Below, piece by piece: positions 31,371 through 41,162 of a DNA stretch of 64,000 nt. The notes under the pieces were generated by a model, which ran no database searches, was not told the origin of the DNA, and saw nothing but the letters and a program-made list of their open reading frames with translations. Numbering within the stretch: position 1 is the stretch's first letter; every line of letters begins with the position of its first letter. Both the position numbers and the translations under genes were made by a program. The DNA lies in contig AP024596.1 of the NCBI GenBank assembly GCA_019704295.1, positions 384,001 to 448,000 on the forward strand. Direction: 5' to 3'. Source of the DNA: Sulfolobales archaeon HS-7 (GTDB lineage: Archaea; Thermoproteota; Thermoprotei_A; Sulfolobales; Sulfolobaceae).

Positions 31371-32585
31371 TCACATCTTCTCTATCTGATTAACTAGTTC
31401 GTTAGCATAATCCTTAGTACCTAATGGCTGAACATTCATAAATCTTGCCAGATCTTGTGTTACCTTCCTCTCCCTGATACTATTGAGTATGGCCCTTTCT
31501 ATCATATCAGCGGCCTCGACCCAGCCCATGAACCTAAGCATTAGTTCAGCTCCTTTAATTATTCCAGTAGGGTTTGCGACGTTCTTCCCTGCGTATTTTG
31601 GAGCCGTACCGTGAACGGCCTCGAACATTCCCCCGCTATCTCCTACATTCGCTCCTCCTAGCATACCTATGTTACCTATTAGGGCTCCCGCAGCGTCTGA
31701 TATCAGATCACCATTAACGTTTGGCGCCAAAATCACGTCGTATTCTTCTGGCCTAATTATTATTTGTTGGAACATGTTGTCGGCTATTCTATCATTAAGT
31801 ATCACCTTTCCTTGAGGGGAGATCCCCTGATTGACCTCCTCTTCCGTTATTACTCTTTCAAAAAATTCCTCCTTCGCTAATTCGTAAATCCACTCCCTGA
31901 ACGCTCCCTCAGTGTACTTCATTACGTTACCCTTATGCATTATTGTCACCTTTTTCCGTCCGTTGGCTATAGCGTAATTTATGGCCATTCTTCCTATTCT
32001 AAAAGTCTTCGCCTTACTCATTGGCTTTATCCCTATCCCGGTGTCGTCCTCAAGTTCCACTTTCATTTCCTTTCTAAGGAAATCCCTCACTTTCTTAGCT
32101 CCTTCGCTATTGTAAGGCCATTCTATTCCCCTATAGAGGTCGTCTGTGTTCTCCCTGAAGATTATCATATCCACTTTCTCCGGTTGCTTTATGGGACTTT
32201 CGAGTCCATTAATGTACTTAACAGGTCTTATATTAGCGTAGAGGTCTAGGATCATCCTAATTGTCACGTTTATAGAACGCCATCCGCCTCCCACAGGAGT
32301 AGTTAGTGGTCCTTTTAGCACAACCCTGTACTTCTGAAGAAGCTCTTGGGACTCTTTAGGAAAGCGATCCCCCTTTACTTCATATGCCTTGTCTCCAGCT
32401 AATATTTCGATCCACTCGATTTTCTTCTTCCCGTTATAAGCTCTCTTTACTGCGCTGTTGGTCACTGAAATCGCTGCGTGTGTAATCTCTGGGCCTATAC
32501 CGTCCCCTTCTATATACGCAACTTGAGGATAATCTGGTGTTTTCCACTTGCCGTTTTCGAAAGTAATTAACTCTCCCATAATCAT
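31371..32585 (-). CDS. icd: NADP-dependent isocitrate dehydrogenase
   Basis: EGDGIGPEI, KGPLTTPVGGG.RSINV, RENTDDLY, HKGNVMKYTEG, NGDLISD, EAVHGTAPKYAG. Confidence 0.97.
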   Translation of the reverse strand: MIMGELITFENGKWKTPDYPQVAYIEGDGIGPEITHAAISVTNSAVKRAYNGKKKIEWIEILAGDKAYEVKGDRFPKESQELLQKYRVVLKGPLTTPVGGGWRSINVTIRMILDLYANIRPVKYINGLESPIKQPEKVDMIIFRENTDDLYRGIEWPYNSEGAKKVRDFLRKEMKVELEDDTGIGIKPMSKAKTFRIGRMAINYAIANGRKKVTIMHKGNVMKYTEGAFREWIYELAKEEFFERVITEEEVNQGISPQGKVILNDRIADNMFQQIIIRPEEYDVILAPNVNGDLISDAAGALIGNIGMLGGANVGDSGGMFEAVHGTAPKYAGKNVANPTGIIKGAELMLRFMGWVEAADMIERAILNSIRERKVTQDLARFMNVQPLGTKDYANELVNQIEKM

Positions 32586-32618
32586 GTTAAATATCTCTGA
32601 ATTAATATTTCCATCGCG

Positions 32619-34073
32619 ATGAACAGTTTTACCAGAACGTTAAGAATTGTCATAGAACTGCTACCCCGAGCTCTCGCCTATAGAGAAATTCGAAGATCGA
32701 TTAAGAATGGTCGTCCTATCCCTGAAAAGGAACAAAGGGAGGAGGCTAAGAAATTCGTTAATTCTCTTATAAGATTGGGACCTTCTTTTATCAAATTCGG
32801 ACAAATCCTTTCCGTAAGATCTGACATAATGCCGGAGTCATATCTCCTAGAACTTAGGAGACTTCAGGATGAAGTACCTCCAGCTCCATTCGACCAAATT
32901 ATCAAAATAGTTAAGGAAGAGGTGCCCGATCTAGAAATAGAGAGGGAATCCATAGCGGCAGCAAGTTTAGGTGAGGTACATAGGGGGAAATATAGGGGAA
33001 TGAACGTTGTGGCTAAAGTCAACAGGCCTAACATAGAGGAAATACTTAAAACGGACATAGCCATTATCAAGAGGTTGCTGCCGGTTGCTAGATTGATCTT
33101 CGATGCTTCCCTAGTGGAATCGTTAAAGGTCGTGGTGGAACAGTTCACTAAGAAGATCTTCGAGGAGATAGATTACGAAAAGGAGGCATTCTATATGGAG
33201 AAAATCAGGGATGAACTAAGGGATTTTAGGGTAAGAATTCCGAAGCTTATCCTCGCTAAGAAGAAAGTTCTGGTTATGGAATACTTACCTGGACATAAGG
33301 TTACGTCAGACGAGGCCTATAAGATTGTAAACAGAAAAAGCCTCGCGTGGAGAGTTTTCAGGATATTTATAACTCCCGTCCTTACTCAGAGGTACTTTCA
33401 CGCAGATCCCCATCCAGGCAACATAGCGGTTGATAATGAAGGGAACATTATCCTCTACGATTTTGGAATGGTGGACGGGCTTGATAGCGTTACGAGAGTC
33501 CGACTCATTAGACTTTACATAGCAATAAGTCGCGGAGACCCTATAGGAGTCGTTAATGTCTTAGACGAACTTGGTGCAATACAACCCGATGCAGATAGAA
33601 GGGTTCTAGTAAAGGGCTTTGAGCTTCTCATGAAAGAACTTCAGGGGATCAGAGTAGAAGAGATGGAACTAGAGGACTTTCAGAGGATAGCTAATGACGC
33701 ATTCTACAGGTTTCCCCTTAGATTACCATCAAGGCTCGCTATATACTTCAGAATGTCCGCAGTACTTGAGGGGACTTGTACCGAAATAGATCCTGATTTC
33801 GATTTCTTCAGAAGTTTAGTCACAATAGTGCAAGATGAGGGACTGTTAAGGGAGGCCTACTTTGACGAGTTGCGGAATACGTATAATAAGGTCATCAATG
33901 CCATAAGATTGTCAATGTTAGAGAAGCCCACACAGAGAAAAAGGAGAGATTCTTACTGGATCGGTGTCCTAGCTATAGGTGTTTCCATAGCTATTTACCT
34001 AATTACTAAAAACGAAGTGTTACCGCTTCTGGTGGCGATCCTAGGTTTGGGGATTTCACTTTCAGCGCGTTAA
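32619..34073 (+). CDS. ABC1/UbiB family atypical protein kinase
   Basis: LGPSFIKFGQILS, LQD, AAASLGEVH, FHADPHPGN, YDFGM; C-terminal TMs. Confidence 0.93.
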   Translation: MNSFTRTLRIVIELLPRALAYREIRRSIKNGRPIPEKEQREEAKKFVNSLIRLGPSFIKFGQILSVRSDIMPESYLLELRRLQDEVPPAPFDQIIKIVKEEVPDLEIERESIAAASLGEVHRGKYRGMNVVAKVNRPNIEEILKTDIAIIKRLLPVARLIFDASLVESLKVVVEQFTKKIFEEIDYEKEAFYMEKIRDELRDFRVRIPKLILAKKKVLVMEYLPGHKVTSDEAYKIVNRKSLAWRVFRIFITPVLTQRYFHADPHPGNIAVDNEGNIILYDFGMVDGLDSVTRVRLIRLYIAISRGDPIGVVNVLDELGAIQPDADRRVLVKGFELLMKELQGIRVEEMELEDFQRIANDAFYRFPLRLPSRLAIYFRMSAVLEGTCTEIDPDFDFFRSLVTIVQDEGLLREAYFDELRNTYNKVINAIRLSMLEKPTQRKRRDSYWIGVLAIGVSIAIYLITKNEVLPLLVAILGLGISLSAR

Positions 34074-35320
34074 TTCTGGAGGAATATGCTTCTACCGCTG
34101 ATCACTATGTACCTCTCATTGCGGGGTATTAACTCGTCTCTGTTCGGAAAACATCCCCTTATTATAGACATCCGCCTTGCAGACCCATAGTCCCTAGTGA
34201 AGGGAATTATAAGGGCTGACGGTCGAAGTGAGGCCAACTGTTTAATCTCGTCTTCACTCGCATTCCTTACGACTATTGCCCTTGCCCCCATTGAGTCCGC
34301 CATAGACGCTACGGAAACCCAGAACGGATCTTTTCCCTCACTTTTACTTCTTAATATTTCCCCCTTCGATTCACTACCTATAATAAGTTTGTTCAGGAAC
34401 TGAAGCGCTTCAAGGGGATATTTCCCTATTGCTGTTTCCTCGCTTAGGATTATCCCATCGACTCCTTCGGCGACCGATGTGGATACGTCTATGACCTCTG
34501 CCCTAGTAGGACTGGGATTAGTCACCATCGACTCAAGGACCTGAGTAGCTAAAAGAACAGGCTTATTCATCGATTGTGATAGCTCTATTATTTTTCTCTG
34601 CCACTCAGGCAGATTCTCAAGGCCTATATCAACCCCAAGATCCCCTCGAGCTACCATGATTACGTCACTTTCTTGAATTATTTCAGTTATGTTATTTAAT
34701 GATTCCCTTCTCTCAACCTTAGCTATTACTCCAACGCTCCCAGCAGTGATTCCCTTAACTTTCCTTATCTCGTCAGCATTACTGACAAAGGATACGCTTA
34801 CGAAATCTGGCTTAAGTGCCATAACCTTGGGGAGAATCTGCAGGTCCCTATGAGTCAGCCCAGAAGTTCTCTTCCTCGAAAGCGACATCCCCTTTCCCTG
34901 CACAACAATCCCCCCGTTTTCGAATTCTATGAAGAGCTTCTCCCCTTTCTTCATTATTCTTCCTACAGCATCACTATCCCCGAAAACTACCGCGTCTCCA
35001 TCCTCAGCCAATTTCTCGATATTCCAAGACAATTCAATATCCTTTCCGAGTTCGATTATCTCCCCCTTTTTTACATACCTAATTCCTCCTGCAACGGTCT
35101 CTACCCTTATCTTCGAACCTGGTAGATCAACTATAACTGGATAAAGCTCCCTCGCTTTTTCTATGTAACCCATCTGCTGTTCAATCGTTCCATGGGCTAG
35201 GTTAACTCTCATTCCGTCAATTAAATTTCGAATGTCCTTAAGTCTGCCCTCTATTGATGGACCCATAGTTGCTATTACTTTAGTTTTCCGCAAATGATGT
35301 TGGGCATCTCCATATGTCAT
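34070..35320 (-). CDS. pyk: pyruvate kinase
   Basis: RKTKVIATMGPS, RVNLAHG, AKVE, MVARGDLG, ATQVLESM, PTRAEV.D, LSEETAIGKYP. Confidence 0.95.
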   Translation of the reverse strand: MTYGDAQHHLRKTKVIATMGPSIEGRLKDIRNLIDGMRVNLAHGTIEQQMGYIEKARELYPVIVDLPGSKIRVETVAGGIRYVKKGEIIELGKDIELSWNIEKLAEDGDAVVFGDSDAVGRIMKKGEKLFIEFENGGIVVQGKGMSLSRKRTSGLTHRDLQILPKVMALKPDFVSVSFVSNADEIRKVKGITAGSVGVIAKVERRESLNNITEIIQESDVIMVARGDLGVDIGLENLPEWQRKIIELSQSMNKPVLLATQVLESMVTNPSPTRAEVIDVSTSVAEGVDGIILSEETAIGKYPLEALQFLNKLIIGSESKGEILRSKSEGKDPFWVSVASMADSMGARAIVVRNASEDEIKQLASLRPSALIIPFTRDYGSARRMSIIRGCFPNRDELIPRNERYIVISGRSIFLQN

Positions 35321-35472
35321 TACCTTGATGTTAAAGTTACGGCTTTTACGCAGGAATATATATTGTTAAAATAGTAATTTACTCAGTTTATGCGATATAT
35401 ATATCGCATTTCAGGAAAGAGATGAGAGAAACTTGCAAATTTAGTTATTAACCAGAGAGGTAACTTATAGAT

Positions 35473-36237
35473 ATGAGAAGTAAGGCAATGTCAGTTAACG
35501 ATGCCTTGTCTATACTAAATTCTGGAGACGAAATAACCATTAGCGGCATTTCAATTCACAGAAACCCAATTTCCTTCTTACGATACTTAACCAGCTCCGG
35601 AATTAGGGGATTATCCTTTGTAGATCGAGAGCCTGGCCTCGGATTGGAATTATTGCTTAGGTCGGAAATAGTTAAAAGGATTAGAGTAGCTATGTCAACG
35701 CTTGAGTGGTTCGAAAGTATTCCTCCTTATTTTAGAAGGAAAGTAGAGGCAGGAGAAGTTGAAATACTTGAAGATACTTGTGGCGCCTTCATGGCGGGAA
35801 TAAGGGCAGGGGCATTCGGTATCCCGTTCGTCCCAGTTAGGGGTGTTCTAGGTTCAGATCTCGTAGAAATTCACGAAAAGAAAGGAACGTGGAAGGTAAT
35901 AGAAGATCCCTTTTCAGGTGAGAAAATCTTAGCGGTAAGGGCAATAAATCCCGACGTTGCGATAATTCACGTTCACAAAGCTGACGAGTATGGAAACGCT
36001 GAAATCCTTGGACCCCTTTATGAAGACGAATTTAAGGCTAAAGCCGCGAAGAAGGTAATAATCACTACAGAGGAAATTGTTGACCGGGAATACTTCAAGG
36101 GGAGAAGACCTAACATAACTACCTTGCACGTAAGCGCAGTAGTCGAGATGAATAGAGGAGCCGAACCTACAAGCATGTTCGGTCTTTACGACGCAGATTA
36201 CGACGCCATAATGAAGTTCCTAGAAGGCGTATCTTAA
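35473..36237 (+). CDS. family I CoA-transferase subunit A (glutaconate CoA-transferase-like)
   Basis: RAGAFGIPFVP..LGSD, DPFSGE, PDVAIIHVHKADEYGNA, TTEEIV, GAEPTS. Confidence 0.9.
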   Translation: MRSKAMSVNDALSILNSGDEITISGISIHRNPISFLRYLTSSGIRGLSFVDREPGLGLELLLRSEIVKRIRVAMSTLEWFESIPPYFRRKVEAGEVEILEDTCGAFMAGIRAGAFGIPFVPVRGVLGSDLVEIHEKKGTWKVIEDPFSGEKILAVRAINPDVAIIHVHKADEYGNAEILGPLYEDEFKAKAAKKVIITTEEIVDREYFKGRRPNITTLHVSAVVEMNRGAEPTSMFGLYDADYDAIMKFLEGVS

Positions 36238-36867
36238 CCCCTGAGGATCAATAGAGTCTAGAAAATTCGTAACAGCGGGTGAAGGAGAGGAAATGGAGGA
36301 GATTTGCCTCCATCCGGGTCTCTCGAAACAGAGAACTCTTGATTCCGTGTAAACTCTTACCTCATTATTGGAATTCCTAACAGTACCAGTTATAAAGTCC
36401 ACTCTCTGTACTAATGTCTTTTGCTCATTCGTAGTCCAGAGGAAAAGTCTCTTTATCAGAGGTGAGATAAAAGCTGTGGCAGCCCCTCCTGGGAGCTTCA
36501 CCTTAGGCTTTGCGTAATTACCTATGACTGTCAAGTTAAGGTTTCCATCATTATCAATCTGAGCTGGTCTCAGGAACATTACGTCAACTTTCCCCTTTTG
36601 AACTAGATCAAAGGCCTCAATTGTAGGTAAAATAGGTGAACTTTCAGTAAGACGTGGGTCACCACTCGACGGGGTAACTTCAATTAAGGGATTCAAAGCC
36701 TCAGCTACCCCTACTATCACGATATCCTTTTTTAGGAAATCTCTTGCCATCGCAGCAGCTAGAAGTGGTATGATCGAGTTAAGTCCGACGTAAACCACCT
36801 CCCCCTCTCTTATGTCCTCAGCCATGGAGAAAATTATACCGTCTATGAAAGAGTTGTTCACAGTCAT
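36220..36867 (-). CDS. family I CoA-transferase subunit B (glutaconate CoA-transferase-like)
   Basis: VYVGL, DVMFL.PAQIDNDGNLN, KLPGGA, VQRVDFIT. Confidence 0.88.
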   Translation of the reverse strand: MTVNNSFIDGIIFSMAEDIREGEVVYVGLNSIIPLLAAAMARDFLKKDIVIVGVAEALNPLIEVTPSSGDPRLTESSPILPTIEAFDLVQKGKVDVMFLRPAQIDNDGNLNLTVIGNYAKPKVKLPGGAATAFISPLIKRLFLWTTNEQKTLVQRVDFITGTVRNSNNEVRVYTESRVLCFERPGWRQISSISSPSPAVTNFLDSIDPQGLRYAF

Positions 36868-36940
36868 TTCGATCCCTCTATATTCTTAAGTCTTCCTCTA
36901 ATACGTCTTCTTTTTTATCGTGTTCTTACATGTTATAATC

Positions 36941-37474
36941 ATGTCGCATAAAGAGCATAGGGAAAACGCTCCGCGAAAATTAAACTACTTCGTTATAACG
37001 ATATCCTCATCGCGATATGAGAAAGTAGTAAAAAAGGAACCTGTAATAGATGAATCCGGTGACATAATAAAGCAGATGGTTATTGAAAGTGGAAACGCTG
37101 TAGTGGGATACGAAATAGTTCCTGATAATAAGTGGAAAATCCTAAAGGCGGTAGTCGATCCCGTTGAAAGAGATGACGTAGACGTCATCATAACATCTGG
37201 AGGTACAGGATATACTCCCGACGACGTAACAGTAGATACTATACTCAGGATAGTGGATAAGGAAGTGGTTGGCTTTGGTGATATATTCCGCCACCTAAGC
37301 TTCTCTGATCCTGACGTTAAGTCAGCTGCGTATCTAACCCGCACGTCGGCTGGGGTAATAGGAAATAAAGCAATATTTATGTTACCAGGATCCCCAGATG
37401 CTGTAAAGTTAGCTATGAGAGAGTTAATTATCCCTGAAGCTCCTCATTTGGTATACCTAATAAGAAGGAGGTAA
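36941..37474 (+). CDS. moaB: molybdenum cofactor biosynthesis protein MoaB/MogA
   Basis: VITISSSR, DESG, VPD, TSGGTG..PDDVT, GFG, LPGSP. Confidence 0.93.
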   Translation: MSHKEHRENAPRKLNYFVITISSSRYEKVVKKEPVIDESGDIIKQMVIESGNAVVGYEIVPDNKWKILKAVVDPVERDDVDVIITSGGTGYTPDDVTVDTILRIVDKEVVGFGDIFRHLSFSDPDVKSAAYLTRTSAGVIGNKAIFMLPGSPDAVKLAMRELIIPEAPHLVYLIRRR

Positions 37475-37479
37475 CTAGT

Positions 37480-38199
37480 TTGAAATTAAGGGTGTTCCTT
37501 CCTGTAAGAGGAGCTTTCGTAATAGGATATGTAGTGCTCGGAGCGATTTTTACATTTATCTCAATACCCTATTTCGTGCTTATCCTGCAAAGAGTGGGGT
37601 TTACCTTATTAGAAAGTTATGCTATTTCAATAAGTGCGGCCCTCCTAAGTTTAGCCTTTAGTCCGCTAAATCTAGTAGTGAAGGAAATAAACAAACCAGT
37701 GCAAACGTACACCGTAGATCAAGTAGAATATTTTGGAATACCGTTTTACATTCCGAGGTTAACTTTTACGACCCAGAACACAGAAGTTGCGCTTAATCTG
37801 GGGGGAGCGATACTTCCCACATTGATTTCTGTTATACTTATGATAAAGCTAACTCCAGTTCAACTCTTTCTCTTACTAATAGACGTTATGGTGGTTTCCC
37901 TAATCATTTCAAAGATAGCAAAGGTTCATCCTGGAGTAGGGATAGTAACACCTGCGTTCATACCCCCCATAATAGCATTTGGTTTAAGTGCTCTGCTGTT
38001 CCTGAGGTACGAGTATGTAATCCCCGTTGCCTCATACATAGCGGGCGTTCTTGGTTCTTTAATAGGTGCGGATCTTCTCAATATGGGCAAAGTTATCAGG
38101 TACTCTCCTCCATTCGTAAGTATAGGGGGGATGGGAACCTTTGACGGAATATACGTAACTGGAATATTGGCAGTGTTCCTTGCAGTGTTAATCCTTTAA
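37480..38199 (+). CDS. DUF1614 family membrane protein
   Basis: ALNLGGAILP, PGVGI, GSLIGADLLN, VSIGGMGTFDGI. Confidence 0.88.
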   Translation: MKLRVFLPVRGAFVIGYVVLGAIFTFISIPYFVLILQRVGFTLLESYAISISAALLSLAFSPLNLVVKEINKPVQTYTVDQVEYFGIPFYIPRLTFTTQNTEVALNLGGAILPTLISVILMIKLTPVQLFLLLIDVMVVSLIISKIAKVHPGVGIVTPAFIPPIIAFGLSALLFLRYEYVIPVASYIAGVLGSLIGADLLNMGKVIRYSPPFVSIGGMGTFDGIYVTGILAVFLAVLIL

Positions 38200-38255
38200 T
38201 TTTGTTTAAGGAATTACAATAAGGTTTAAAATATGTAAGGTGCAATATTCCAAAT

Positions 38256-38873
38256 GTGAATTTTCAAAGAAGGTTGTTCATATTAGTAATAATAGTAGCA
38301 TTAGCGATAGGAGTAGGCTACGCTCTTATTTACGCAAGCATTGAAATGAACTCTAATGAAGGAGAAACAGTTACTTCTGGAGGTACGGCATATGTTGAGG
38401 TCTATGTTAACTCCACGGTGACCTCAACTAGCGTTCCAATACTTCTGAAAGCAGCATTAGTGAATCCGTCGAGACATTTCTTGAAAGTGAGATTAAACGA
38501 CAGTAATTTACTGGGACGGGCTCCTTGTAACAATTACATACCCATAGGAATTGTCATGTATAGGGGTATTGTAGCGCTTAGTAACGTATCAAACGCGACG
38601 ATGTTACCCTTATATCCACCTATAGTTTTCTGTCCCTTTGAGTTTCCAGTTTTAAACGAAACTTTACTTCCGCATAGCTGTTTACTCAACGTAACCTATA
38701 AGGGGTTAAATGGGATTGCTTATAAGGTTATAAACGCTTCATTAAATGTTGTTATAAAGGGTTACTATACTATACCAGGTGATAAGTTAAACCCCTTGTC
38801 CCCAGGGTTCTACACCATAGAAGTTTCTACACCGTTGACCTCTCCTGTCTTCGTTTATATTCACGTCGAATAG
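38256..38873 (+). CDS. hypothetical membrane-anchored surface protein
   Basis: N-terminal TM, several N-x-S/T sequons, beta-rich, PGFYTIEV. Confidence 0.75.
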   Translation: MNFQRRLFILVIIVALAIGVGYALIYASIEMNSNEGETVTSGGTAYVEVYVNSTVTSTSVPILLKAALVNPSRHFLKVRLNDSNLLGRAPCNNYIPIGIVMYRGIVALSNVSNATMLPLYPPIVFCPFEFPVLNETLLPHSCLLNVTYKGLNGIAYKVINASLNVVIKGYYTIPGDKLNPLSPGFYTIEVSTPLTSPVFVYIHVE

Positions 38874-39029
38874 TAGTAAGCTTCCCCAATTTGGAAGTTT
38901 TAGAACTGATACTAGCAATTCCATGAAGTTCTCGTTCATTAAGGAAAAAGTCAAATCGTAAAGGGTAAGGTAAATACTTACTGGAAACGATAGCGAAGTT
39001 GCAATCCTAAAACTCTAAAAGCCATTCTA

Positions 39030-40979
39030 TTGAAAATGCTTATGAATTTCGTTTTTGCTGACGATATATCTGGTGACTACGAATACGTTTTTTTTAAAAG
39101 AGCGGAATATCCTCATGCGTACTTTCACATATTTGGTAATGCCTACACTTCAGACGACGTATTTTTTGAGGTACCGATGCTTTTCGATATCTCTCATTTG
39201 AAGCTTCCAAAGATCTATCCATTGCCAATTAAGAAGGCGTCGTACCTCGGACAGCCGATCGCCATAGTTACTTCACACGACAGGTATTCAGCCTCAGATA
39301 AAGTAGAACAGGTTGATGTGCAATACGAAGTAGTGAATGAACCCATTTATGACTCTATACCTGATAATATATTAACAATGGAAAAAAGGGGGGAGTTCTC
39401 ACCTCCTTATAGAGATCAATTCCGCTTCACATTCAATAGATCCTCTCCTTATCCGCTCGAATCTAGGGTTGTCGCAGTTAGACATTACGGGGATGAACTT
39501 CACATAACCGCGACTACGCAAGCACCTACGGTTTTGTCTTATTTAATATCGAGGATGCTTGAAATACCTTTATCCAAAGTTCAGGTGAGGAGTTTCAGAT
39601 TGGGAGGAGGTTTCGGTGGAAAACAGGAGGTTAGTTACGAGGAGTTAAGCGTAATAGCTCTTTCATATGCAAAGAACAGGAACTTTAAATGGGTCGAGAC
39701 GAAACAGGAGACTTTACTGACAATGCAGGCAAGGGGACAAAGGCATCACATTTACGTAGATTACGAAAACACTGGAAAGATTACGGCGATTTACGATGAG
39801 ATAGAGTACGATCTCGGGGCCCTCCCCCTTCCTTGGATAGCTTATTCGCCCCTTCATGTAACTGAGGCAAACCTGAAAGGTCCTTATCTTTATGATGTAT
39901 CCTATTCAGCCAAGGTAATACTGACTAATAGGCCTCCCCTTGGCGCTTTCAGGGGATTTGGAAGACCTGAGGCAGTTTTCGTGATAGAGAGGACTGTCGA
40001 TGAGATCGCCAGGAGGTTGAAAATAGATCCCTTCGAAATCAGGAAATTGAATCTAAATAAAGAACTTAGGGCAGGAAACGTTCAGGAAATTTTGAAGAGA
40101 GCAGAAGGCAAATACTCAGAGCTAAAAAGAGGTAATAAGACAGTCGGTTTAAGTTTCTACATTCATTCATCAGGCGAAAATTCCAAGACGTTAATAGAGG
40201 GAGATAAGGTTGATGTAGGTGGTTATGAATGTGTCTCAGTCAATCTGGAGAGAGACGGGTGGATTACCGTCAGAACTTCCATAACTGATCACGGACAGTT
40301 TAATATTGACAATATAAAAAAGGTAGTTTCAACTACTCTAAGTTACAATAAGGTTAGAGTAATCTCTGGGGATCAGTCAGTCACAGGTTTTGGCACATGG
40401 GCAAGCAGAAGCGCCATTACAGCCGGAAATGCAGCTTACTTGGCTGCTAAGGACTTCACAGAAATAGCCAGGTCAATACTGGATAGTGAAAAGATAGATT
40501 GGGAAAAGTTAATTGACATTTACCGCAATTCTCCATGGCTACTAAATGGAAAGTACCTGCACAGCTACCGATGCTACGAAGCGGATGAGGAGGCAAGGGC
40601 TTTTTCTATACAGATGGCTGTCGCTAAAATTGATGAAGAAATACCTGAAATAAAGTACGTATACCTAATCTCTGACGTGGGCAACGTTATTGACGAAGAC
40701 GTAGTTAAGGGCCAATTAATTGGTGGTATAGTTCAGGGGTTAAGCGGTCTGCTTTTAGAAGACGTTGAACAAGGGCCTGAATACTCTATTCTCACCGCTA
40801 GCGATGCACCTGAAGTCGAGATTGAACTTATTCATACACCTGCAGATAACCCCTTAGGCGTAAAGGGAGTCGGAGAAAACTCTATAACCGGAATATACGC
40901 GTCTGCAGGAAATGCGCTCTCCTCGATCTACAACGCAGATAACGTACCCCTAATACCGTGGAAAAATAGTAAGATGTAA
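39030..40979 (+). CDS. xanthine dehydrogenase-family molybdopterin-binding large subunit
   Basis: TTQ, LGGGFGGK, GPY, GAFRGFGRPE, DHGQ, GTWASRS, GQLIGGIVQG, GVKGVGE. Confidence 0.9.
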   Translation: MKMLMNFVFADDISGDYEYVFFKRAEYPHAYFHIFGNAYTSDDVFFEVPMLFDISHLKLPKIYPLPIKKASYLGQPIAIVTSHDRYSASDKVEQVDVQYEVVNEPIYDSIPDNILTMEKRGEFSPPYRDQFRFTFNRSSPYPLESRVVAVRHYGDELHITATTQAPTVLSYLISRMLEIPLSKVQVRSFRLGGGFGGKQEVSYEELSVIALSYAKNRNFKWVETKQETLLTMQARGQRHHIYVDYENTGKITAIYDEIEYDLGALPLPWIAYSPLHVTEANLKGPYLYDVSYSAKVILTNRPPLGAFRGFGRPEAVFVIERTVDEIARRLKIDPFEIRKLNLNKELRAGNVQEILKRAEGKYSELKRGNKTVGLSFYIHSSGENSKTLIEGDKVDVGGYECVSVNLERDGWITVRTSITDHGQFNIDNIKKVVSTTLSYNKVRVISGDQSVTGFGTWASRSAITAGNAAYLAAKDFTEIARSILDSEKIDWEKLIDIYRNSPWLLNGKYLHSYRCYEADEEARAFSIQMAVAKIDEEIPEIKYVYLISDVGNVIDEDVVKGQLIGGIVQGLSGLLLEDVEQGPEYSILTASDAPEVEIELIHTPADNPLGVKGVGENSITGIYASAGNALSSIYNADNVPLIPWKNSKM

Positions 40980-41110
40980 ATTAACGTTATGTCGAGTCTT
41001 TTCTCAGGTTTGATATGTGCAAAACCGACAGCCATTAGGACTCCGCCTGCTATAATTACAATCGCCGACGCTATTATCATAAACCACTCCAAGGGAGTTA
41101 GCTTGGCCAT
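40928..41110 (-). CDS. small single-TM protein, possibly truncated paralogue of 15354-15584
   Basis: IIASAIVIIAGGVLMA resembles LALSVLIIVIGGVFMG; TTATTTAA upstream; 3' end overlaps the Mo-subunit gene antisense. Confidence 0.5.
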   Translation of the reverse strand: MAKLTPLEWFMIIASAIVIIAGGVLMAVGFAHIKPEKRLDITLIYILLFFHGIRGTLSAL

Positions 41111-41162
41111 AACACATGTTTGTCAGGTGAAGTTAAATAAGTTCTCCCTAAGTTGCTAAATA

